From contig JADGIF010000564.1 of assembly GCA_018985225.1 (NCBI GenBank), positions 1-6,607 of the forward strand: a stretch of DNA of 6,607 nucleotides. The letters run 5' to 3'. The notes beneath the pieces were generated by a model. The model was given only the letters and a program-made list of their open reading frames with translations, did no database searches and was not told where the DNA came from. The position numbers were made by a program, and so were the translations under genes. Source of the stretch: Amoeboradix gromovi X-113 (lineage: Eukaryota; Fungi; Sanchytriomycota). Each line of letters starts with the position of its first letter. The first letter of the stretch is position 1. Positions 1-6,607 of the stretch are shown here, piece after piece.

Positions 1-717
1 AAGAGTATCGGGATTTTATACCTTTGGAAATGTTCTAGAAAAGAGTTGATTGGTAAATATTTATTTATTTTTTCGTCTAATCATGATAATTAATTAATTC
101 CAATAAAATTAAAAGCTGTCATTTCTACAACTTACTTGGAGTTACGCAGACTGAGTAACAGCGTTCAAATATCAAATAAATTAGAGTTAATACCATTCGT
201 GGATGAAAGCAAAAGTACTACCAAGTACCAGTGATCAGATATTTGTGAGGCATAATACGAATTCTCTACACCAGTGTCTTAGTCTTCCCTAATGCGGTTG
301 TCAATCTCCAGGTAATGCAAGGACAAATATTCTTACCATATTCAAAGATATAAGGCCCATGTCCTCACCTCTAAGTAGGAGGAACACCTAGAAACCACAC
401 TAGGAATCTGACGTTTTCATGTCATCAGATACGAAAGAAAGACATCAAGACAGAGTATTAAAATGTTTTTGGTTGAGATACTGCAACATATGCTCAGGTA
501 CTAATTAGTAAAGCTATTTTGAAAGGAATATTGCCCGTGTATTTTTATACTGAAAAAAGGCTTAAAGGCATATTATAAGACAAACACATCGTCCTCCGAC
601 TTGGAGTGGCCGTCATTTTCTGAAATTGGGTCCCAAATGGAACAAGGATGACCTCAATTTAAGATCCCCGGATTCTGAGGTGGAAGCGTTAGAAGGAACC
701 AATCTAATTTAATAAAT

Positions 718-1098
718 TTATTTCAATTTAAAAGCTCCAAATACGCTTATAGCTATGAGCAATATCACTAAAGTAAGTTTGATAATATATGACTGGTGGG
801 CATCATAACCGGTAGCAGCATTTACAAAGCTCCATCGATCGACAAGACTGTAGGTTATGTCTCCAATGCCAAAGCATGCATAAATAAAATACGAAAAGTT
901 GAATATTACGTAAAATCCAGTTAATATGAGTAGCGTTTGCTTATCTTTTGAGTGCAAAGGTTTTCCGAAGCGATATATCGATCCGACTAGATAGAATCCC
1001 AAGAAGAAGCCTATAACACACCAAATATAATTTTGGAAAGCAAATCCTACAGCATCCATTGTTCCACCCATAATTCCTGCAATTGACAATGGCTTCAT
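718..1098 (-). CDS. Hypothetical multi-pass membrane protein (about 3 hydrophobic segments), possibly the 3' part of a disrupted larger gene
   Basis: 126-aa ORF with hydrophobic stretches YIWCVIGFFLGFYLVGSIY, LLILTGFYVIFNFSYFIYACFGI and IIKLTLVILLIAISVFGAF. The same frame continues upstream with hydrophobic sequence broken by stops (SLVVFA*IGQLLIAGLDI*CPPFSFVIRF). No family recognised. Confidence 0.45.
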   Translation of the reverse strand: MKPLSIAGIMGGTMDAVGFAFQNYIWCVIGFFLGFYLVGSIYRFGKPLHSKDKQTLLILTGFYVIFNFSYFIYACFGIGDITYSLVDRWSFVNAATGYDAHQSYIIKLTLVILLIAISVFGAFKLK

Positions 1099-1286
1099 TC
1101 TCTTTGAAAAGTAGACTGGGGTAAAACGGATGACAAAAGAAAAGGGAGGACATCAGATGTCTAAACCCGCAATCAAAAGCTGCCCAATTTATGCAAATAC
1201 TACTAGGCTATTGCTTTAACCACAAGTAATTACCCGTAACCTTGAAAAAACTGGAACTGATGAATAGATGTTTGTGCAGCTCGATT

Positions 1287-1311
1287 GTTTTCTTGAATAA
1301 ATCATTTATCG
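1287..1311. repeat. 25-bp direct repeat, copy 1 (GTTTTCTTGAATAAATCATTTATCG)
   Basis: 24/25 identical to 2296-2320. Contains the odd palindrome ATAAAT-C-ATTTAT. Confidence 0.85.
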
Positions 1312-1458
1312 CAAATTTGTATGCATTTTTGTATCATTTCAAGACTTTTCCAATTGCTTAAACACTCGATCTTCCTCCATTTCACTAATGGTAAATGGAA
1401 CAAATAGATGTAATCCTGAACATGTCAATTCTAAAGAAATAACTAACAGGTACAGTAT

Positions 1459-1884
1459 ACAAAGACATATGATCTTATATAGTTGCCATCGTTCAATACG
1501 AGCCAGATGCTAAGTAGCTTGTCGAGCAAGGTCGCAAGAAATATGGCCACAATGTCCCATTACACATTCAAAGAACGCTTGAAGTTCAAGTGTAAACAAA
1601 GAGGAAAGACGCTAGTTGAATGTAATGAAGCATTTACTATTCAGACATGTACGAGGTATGGTATTCTAAAGAAAACTAATTTGGAAACCTGAACCTGTAC
1701 AAATTGTCATTTGGAAATAGATAGAGACCATATGGCTGCAAGGAACATATACATCAAGTGTATGCATCCTTATTCAATCCCGCCTCAGAGTAGTGAAAGC
1801 GTGAGCGATCACTGTAACGGAGCATCTAGCACTGCTAGTTTCTCTGTGGAAATTCTCGGTTTTCTAAGAAATCAGGACTTTTAA
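1459..1884 (+). pseudogene. Fanzor2 (eukaryotic TnpB/IS607-type RNA-guided nuclease) C-terminal remnant: RuvC-II region, zinc ribbon, RuvC-III
   Basis: Reading through TAG (1480-1482) and TGA (1690-1692) in one frame gives TKTYDLI*LPSFNTSQM...LSSKVARNMATMSHYTFKERLKFKCKQRGKTLVECNEAFTIQTCTRYG...LET*TCTNCHLEIDRDHMAARNIYIK. This matches the Fanzor2 pattern YDxIxLPxFxTSxM / SHYxFKxRL / NEAYTSxTCxxCG / CxxC / DRDxxAARNI. The N-terminal part and RuvC-I are absent. Confidence 0.9.
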
Positions 1885-1890
1885 CGAGGA
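1783..1890 (+). ncRNA. Putative omegaRNA scaffold / right end of the Fanzor2 element (boundaries approximate)
   Basis: Lies directly 3' of RuvC-III and is richer in GC than its flanks. Stems found by eye: 1783-1790/1842-1849 enclosing 1791-1796/1809-1814 (inner GC-GTGA-GC GNRA loop) and 1826-1830/1834-1838, then a terminal hairpin 1850-1863/1868-1880. Confidence 0.6.
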
Positions 1891-2295
1891 GCAAAGATAC
1901 TGAAAACACTATAAATTATCGTGTTAGAAACAGAAAGTTACCGATATACAAAAGGGATTTAAGTTCATGATAGCTGTTTAAGGTTTAACTGAAAGGGAAC
2001 TGCAATATCCGAGTAAGAAACTAGTGTTTGCTGCTGGTATAAAGCTGTAGATTTTGCTTATTTCTGCGCTTATAAAGAAAGAAGAGGAATTTTTAAGACT
2101 TTTCGTCGAAAGTATAGGTAATAAAATGTTTTAACTTTATACCTAACTAGCCTAAGTTACTTGAGAAATTGCTTTAATATAGCAGTGTAGTTTGCAGAGC
2201 TTACAATAATGAATTCATAGCATATATCGATTTGAATTGACTTAAACCATTCATTTATCGCGATCATTCGAATTTATCCGTTTAACAACTATCAA

Positions 2296-2320
2296 GTTTT
2301 ATTGAATAAATCATTTATCG
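2296..2320. repeat. 25-bp direct repeat, copy 2 (GTTTTATTGAATAAATCATTTATCG)
   Basis: 24/25 identical to 1287-1311. A partial third copy TCATTTATCGC lies at 2251-2261, 60 bp upstream of the same core. Confidence 0.85.
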
Positions 2321-2440
2321 TGGTTACTTGAGCAACATTACCCTAATATACTCTCAGTAGCATCCTAATTATGCTCTCAATATTTCTTAGCAGTTTTTTA
2401 ATTCTTATCTACGCTTTAATGTTCCCGCAGTCTGTATAAT

Positions 2441-2456
2441 TTTTACATTTGGTGTC
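2441..2456. repeat. Partial copy of the 27-bp terminus-like repeat (TTTTACATTTGGTGTC)
   Basis: 16/16 identical to 2787-2802, same orientation. Confidence 0.75.
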
Positions 2457-2780
2457 TCAATTGTTATTCCAAAGGTGAAGCCGCCTAAACCTTACTACAG
2501 CTTCCATATCTTGCGAAATTTAATTTTTGAACATCATAATACTTTCTAGGGGACCCTGAATTTCTTGAATCTGGTCTATCCACTGCAGAGTAAATTTACG
2601 GCAGTAGAAGCATAAAACCGTTATTTTGTGATCATCAAAGTATTCTGACATTTTTGACGAAATCTAGAAGCATTTTTTTGGAAAAGTAATTGTAGTGTAA
2701 ACTTGAAACTTGATTTTTGAAAAGTAAAAGCTTTAACTTTGTTTAGTCACTGTTTTTGTAATTCTCTAGTTTTAATTAAA

Positions 2781-2807
2781 TCTAGGTTTTACATTTGGTG
2801 TCCCACA
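2781..2807 (-). repeat. 27-bp repeat, probable transposable-element terminus (minus strand TGTGGGACACCAAATGTAAAACCTAGA)
   Basis: 25/27 identical to the reverse complement of 6467-6493. Confidence 0.8.
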
Positions 2808-3112
2808 CATCAGATAATTACGAATTTTTTGCGCTTGAGGTACGATGGAACTAAAATCATCTAATAAGATAGTTGTCTTTTCTCTTCAATTAGAACCCTC
2901 AATAATTATGGCACCTTCCTTACACAATGTGTAAATAAATAACGTTAATGTCATTTAATTTACTTCATAGCTAAGTTGTTGCTTACGCAAGTCGATTTCA
3001 AATTGGTTGAGTTATAATTACAGGTAAGCGAGACCGGAGTCATGCAATTAATGTAGCTCTGTCCACAAAAAATATTTCGTCATAACAAGTGGCTTTTACT
3101 ATATACTTAAAG

Positions 3113-4235
3113 ATGTCATGCTGCGGAAAATCAAAGTCAAAAGATCAAAAGGTTTCCGACAAAGAATCGAAGAATATAGACCAACAGTTGTTAAAATCAA
3201 AGGCATCTGAATTATTGGATTTGAAATTACTGTTACTTGGCTCTGGAGAAAGCGGAAAGTCAACGGTGTTAAAACAAATCAAACTTATAAATAAAATACA
3301 GCCAACCCCTCAAGAGATTAGAGATGTAGCCAACGGGTTGAAGAAAAACGCGCATCAATGTATATGTGTATTAGTGGAACAGGCTGAGATGTTCGAATAT
3401 GAGATTGGTGTAGTAGAAATTGCGAATAGAGTGGTCAATGCTGAAATTGATGACATAATAGATAATGACGCCAATATTCAGTTATCTAACATGATTTCAA
3501 CAATTTGGAAAGACCCTGGAATTCAGAAGACCTACGCTCGTAGGTCCGAGTACTGGTTGTTAGATTCGACTGACTACTACCTCGAGCATGTTTCTCGTTT
3601 TTTTGAATCAGATTTTGTACCCACAGAAGAAGATATTGTCATGGCTAGAGTTATGACTACAGGAATTATTACTACCGCGATTGCTAGTCCTCCAATTACA
3701 TTCTCTGTGGTAGATGTAGGCGGTCAAAGAAACGAAAGAAGGAAGTGGATACATAGCTTTGATAATGTTTCCGCTGTAATGTTTTTAGTTAATATTTCAG
3801 GATATGATACTGTTTTATTTGAAGACGCAACACAAAATAGACTTGACGAATGTTATAACTTGTTCCAGCAAACTGTGAACAATCCAATATTTGCAGAAAT
3901 ACCATTTTATGTGCTTTTTAACAAAAAAGATATATTCGAGTCCAAAATTAGAACAAAGTCAGTCAGAAAATGCGCAGTTTTTGAAGATTACCAAGGACCT
4001 GATGACGCCGTAGAGGCATTAAAATATCTTGACGAAAAATTTAAAGTACATTTTAATAATTTAGTCAAGTGTAAGGGTTGGTTTATCAAATCGGGTAATA
4101 ACATTTGCAGTAGCAGCGAGGTACAAGAGAGATGTTAAAACAACATGGGATGATATAGTCAATGATTTAAAAAAAAGATATTCTAAACAAATAGAAGAAG
4201 CGCAGAAAGCTTTGCAAAGACTGGAGCTTGCTTAA
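3113..4235 (+). CDS. Heterotrimeric G-protein alpha subunit, two exons (3113-4045, 4065-4235; 367 aa in the preferred model)
   Basis: G1 GSGESGKST, switch I ARVMTTGI, G3 DVGGQRNERRKW and G4 NKKD are present. The first ATG at 3113 gives MSCCGK. The ORF-track tail is off-frame, and the real beta6/alpha5 region (RVITFAVAARYKRDVKTTWDDIVNDLKK...LELA*) is in the +1 frame ending at TAA 4233-4235. Confidence 0.96.
4046..4064 (+). other. Predicted 19-nt spliceosomal intron (GTACATTTTAATAATTTAG), phase 0
   Basis: GT...AG ends, AT-rich, and removal restores the frame and G-alpha beta6 spacing. An alternative 40-nt intron (4071-4110) also restores the frame but deletes beta6. Confidence 0.7.
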
Positions 4236-4427
4236 AGTAAATAACCTTATCATAAAATTAAATACCACGTTGTTCAGCTAAAAATTCTAAAGAACGATCG
4301 GAAAGTCTAGTTCTGTTATCAAATCAAATCGTCTTCGAGATTGACGTGACCATCTGAAATTGTACTGAGTATCCTGAGAATCAGATTTGTATTTAATAAA
4401 AGGAGACGTAGGCCGATATAGCAGATT

Positions 4428-4763
4428 ATGAGTAAGGAGTTTCAGTCATCATCAATATCTACAGAAAACATGACGCCTCAGATCACAAACGATTCACTGC
4501 AAATCCCAAATGGGTTTTCTCCTCGAAACCCAAGCGAAGCTGATAAAATATGGATAAATTCCGCGATTACGGATTCTACTAAGATAAATCAAGAGGATCC
4601 TAAGTTTGCCAGAATTTTAAATTCTGGAAACGCGTCAGTCACGCCAACAACAACGGACGCTGCGGTGACGAATGGAGAGACCGAGCCTCCGACAAAAACC
4701 GTAAGCTCTTCCTCGAAACTTAAAATGGCCGTAATTTCATTGCTCTTGCTAAGTTATATCTAA
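4428..4763 (+). CDS. Hypothetical Ser/Thr/Pro-rich protein with hydrophobic C-terminus (GPI-signal-like or tail anchor)
   Basis: 111-aa ATG-initiated ORF with a low-complexity S/T stalk (SVTPTTTDAAVT...TVSSSS) ending in MAVISLLLLSYI. No N-terminal signal peptide. Confidence 0.6.
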   Translation: MSKEFQSSSISTENMTPQITNDSLQIPNGFSPRNPSEADKIWINSAITDSTKINQEDPKFARILNSGNASVTPTTTDAAVTNGETEPPTKTVSSSSKLKMAVISLLLLSYI

Positions 4764-4773
4764 ATTAAATTTA

Positions 4774-5733
4774 TTAACTCACATGTAAGCCATTTAGCGC
4801 TTTTCTTCTTGACCTTAAATCCTTTCTCTTGCATCTTCTAATAAACCATTCATAGGCTAATGATGTTATCTTTGCAGGAAATGGCGACGGAATCTCAGAA
4901 ATATATTTTCCATGCCTACCTGAGGACACTGCTTTTTTGTAATTGACATTTGGAAGCCTATGCATAACTACGGCATTGGTTTTGTAGTTCACTTCTAAAT
5001 AGTTAGGTACAAACATCCATGGCTTAAAGAACGTCTGTGGCTGGAAATAGTGACACTTATTTTCCTTTGAGGATTTCTTCAACTTGGCGACAGGAAGAGG
5101 ATTATTTGAAATAGAGCCACGTATTAATGCACCCGCCATTTCTTTATAGATATCAACTTGCTCCGAATTATCTTTAGTTTTGATTTTTTCGCTTGAACTA
5201 TAAACAGTGTCTACCTTGCTGTTCTTTAAATTTACCAGCTTATTGACTTCGTTAGGAACGGAATAAAGAAACTGGTTGTGCTTCGCATCCAACTGAACAA
5301 TATCTCCCAAATCGACCAAGGTAGAAGCCGCACGAACAACTTCCCCATTTACAGTAACATACCCACGAGATATAAGCGAACTAGAAGCAAATGTAGATGG
5401 TGCCAACAGTGCTCGAAATAAAATTACATCCAGTCGCCTTTCCATCATTCCAAATGCCAAAGATAGCTGAATACTGTTGTCTGCTTTAACTTGCTCGTGA
5501 TTTACTATAGGAGCCGGAATAGGGTACTTTGCAAAAATCTTTTTGAATTGAGTTGTTCTTATGGTGCCCCCAAAGTATCCTAAAATCTCTCTCTTCGCCA
5601 ACCAGCGTTGCTTGAATGTGTTCTTGCCCGTTAACGCGAATCGGTGTCTTTGTAACTCATACAGGTTATGAGGGTGCATAGACATTCTTATCACTGGAGT
5701 TGGTAATAAATACTTGTGAAGAACTCGAGGCAT
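4774..5733 (-). CDS. NAM9: Mitochondrial ribosomal protein uS4m (fungal Nam9-like), 319 aa
   Basis: The ATG at 5733 gives MPR..., as in fungal Nam9. Also present are N-terminal NLY...FKQRWLAKRE..GYFG, an S4 RNA-binding domain (MERRLDVILFRALLAPS...LISRGYVTVNG...LVDLGD), FVPNYLEVNY, and C-terminal SEIPSPF...AYEWF. Confidence 0.92.
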   Translation of the reverse strand: MPRVLHKYLLPTPVIRMSMHPHNLYELQRHRFALTGKNTFKQRWLAKREILGYFGGTIRTTQFKKIFAKYPIPAPIVNHEQVKADNSIQLSLAFGMMERRLDVILFRALLAPSTFASSSLISRGYVTVNGEVVRAASTLVDLGDIVQLDAKHNQFLYSVPNEVNKLVNLKNSKVDTVYSSSEKIKTKDNSEQVDIYKEMAGALIRGSISNNPLPVAKLKKSSKENKCHYFQPQTFFKPWMFVPNYLEVNYKTNAVVMHRLPNVNYKKAVSSGRHGKYISEIPSPFPAKITSLAYEWFIRRCKRKDLRSRRKALNGLHVS

Positions 5734-5812
5734 TAAGAACAAAACCAGGAGTTACTTGCAGTTTGAATATTTCCGAGATATTCTATAAATAGGAGCGTGG
5801 GAATAAAAGCCG

Positions 5813-6056
5813 ATGGGTATAGGAAAAATAGAAGCCTTTGAGGACTGGCGCTACATAAAAAAGAACCTGAAACGAAAAACTGACGAAGATAAGAGATATA
5901 TCAAGCTGTCCGTCCAAAATAACGTGATAAAATATTCAGCAGTTCTACTTATGTAGAATTGCGTTCGAATTTTTTGTAAAAGTGTTATCTGGTTTTGTAA
6001 AGTGCTTCCAATGGAAATTAAAGGAACCAAATTTGTTGAAGGCAAAAATTGATTAA
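5813..6056 (+). CDS. Possible small spliced gene (5813-5923 + 5943-6056, 74 aa) or pseudogene, weak uS14-like resemblance
   Basis: ATG at 5813 is divergent from NAM9, with TATAAATA at 5784-5791. Removing GTGATAAAATATTCAGCAG (19 nt) joins MGIGKIEAFEDWRYIKKNLKRK...QNN to FYLCRIAFEFFVKVLSGFVKCFQW... Confidence 0.2.
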
Positions 6057-6466
6057 ACCCAGTTAATTTATTTTGATAATGTTTTGACAAGTGGTTATAT
6101 TGCTGACGCTTGCAAATTGATTAAGGCAGTAGCTCTTCGCCTACGTTTTTAATCTGAACTATAAGTACTTTTAAGTGGTAATCAATTTTTAACATCAAAT
6201 TTTGCCTAATGCAAAATATCTTCCAAGTTGGTAATCTATTGCGAGATTAAGCGGTACTTTACCACCAGACTTGATCAAGAGATTGCAACTATGTCTACGA
6301 AACTGGTACCTAAGCTACTTTGAGTATAAACTAATAATCGGGCCAAGAGCTTGGAAACATTATATCTTAACTGCATTACAGAGGGTAACCAATAATTTGC
6401 ATTCAAGTTTGGTGCAACAACTAGATGCATTTAAAACTTTGTCTACGATTCACGGAGGATGGCTCA

Positions 6467-6493
6467 TGTGGGACACCAAATATAAAAACTAGA
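6467..6493 (+). repeat. 27-bp repeat, probable transposable-element terminus (TGTGGGACACCAAATATAAAAACTAGA)
   Basis: Inverted copy of 2781-2807 (25/27). Confidence 0.8.
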
Positions 6494-6607
6494 CTAACTC
6501 GTTTTTAAAGGTGCACCATACGGAGGAAATGCTATCATTAATAAAAGATCTTCTATTATACCAATTTTCTTTCATTGATTGTATTCCTCTTTTTAAAATA
6601 AAACTAG

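Noticed and set aside
547-556. ATACTGAAAA match to the candidate Fanzor guide region
   Set aside because: A 10-bp AT-rich match is expected by chance and is not at the presumed seed.
941-1153. 70-aa minus-strand ORF
   Set aside because: Out-of-frame overlap with the more plausible membrane-protein ORF, with no recognisable motif.
1480-1692. Stop-codon reassignment or readthrough making the Fanzor functional
   Set aside because: Two different stops (TAG and TGA) would need recoding, the long G-alpha and NAM9 frames contain neither internally, and a zinc-ligand Cys and RuvC-I are also lost.
1940-2135. Coding-like plus-strand stretch with stops (GLTERELQYPSKKLVFAAGIKL*ILLISALIKKEEEFLRLF)
   Set aside because: No family recognised and no convincing gene model.
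1287-2320. CRISPR array interpretation of the repeats
   Set aside because: Only two full copies 1 kb apart, no regular spacers, and a eukaryotic context.
2520-2680. Faint integrase-core resemblance on the minus strand (EYFDDHKITV / STAVNLLCSG*TRFKK)
   Set aside because: Needs frameshifts and lacks clear catalytic D/E residues; too weak without an HMM search.
3089-3112. ORF-track GTG start for G-alpha and its 349-aa unspliced C-terminus
   Set aside because: This is a eukaryotic gene, so the ATG at 3113 is the plausible start. The unspliced tail lacks beta6/alpha5.
5734-5742. ORF-track TTG start for NAM9
   Set aside because: The ATG at 5733 gives the MPR N-terminus typical of Nam9.
5851-6090. 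79-aa minus-strand ORF
   Set aside because: Non-ATG start and no motif; probably a shadow frame.
6271-6492. 73-aa plus-strand ORF
   Set aside because: TTG start, no recognisable homology, and it runs into the repeat terminus.

Overview
AT-rich, very compact eukaryotic nuclear DNA, most likely from a fungus or a close relative (inferred from a NAM9-type nuclear-encoded mitochondrial uS4). The right half is gene-dense. It holds a heterotrimeric G-protein alpha subunit (3113-4235) whose C-terminus is only recovered by splicing, best via a 19-nt GT-AG intron, then a small Ser/Thr-rich protein with a hydrophobic tail, and NAM9/uS4m. The left half is decayed or accessory. It holds a 5'-truncated, stop-disrupted Fanzor2 (eukaryotic IS607-TnpB-derived RNA-guided nuclease) relic with a structured omegaRNA-like right end (about 1459-1890), which the ORF track captures only in part. 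It also holds a membrane-protein ORF, a 25-bp direct repeat bracketing the Fanzor, and copies of a 27-bp TGTGGGACACCAAAT terminus that also occurs inverted near the right edge of the window.
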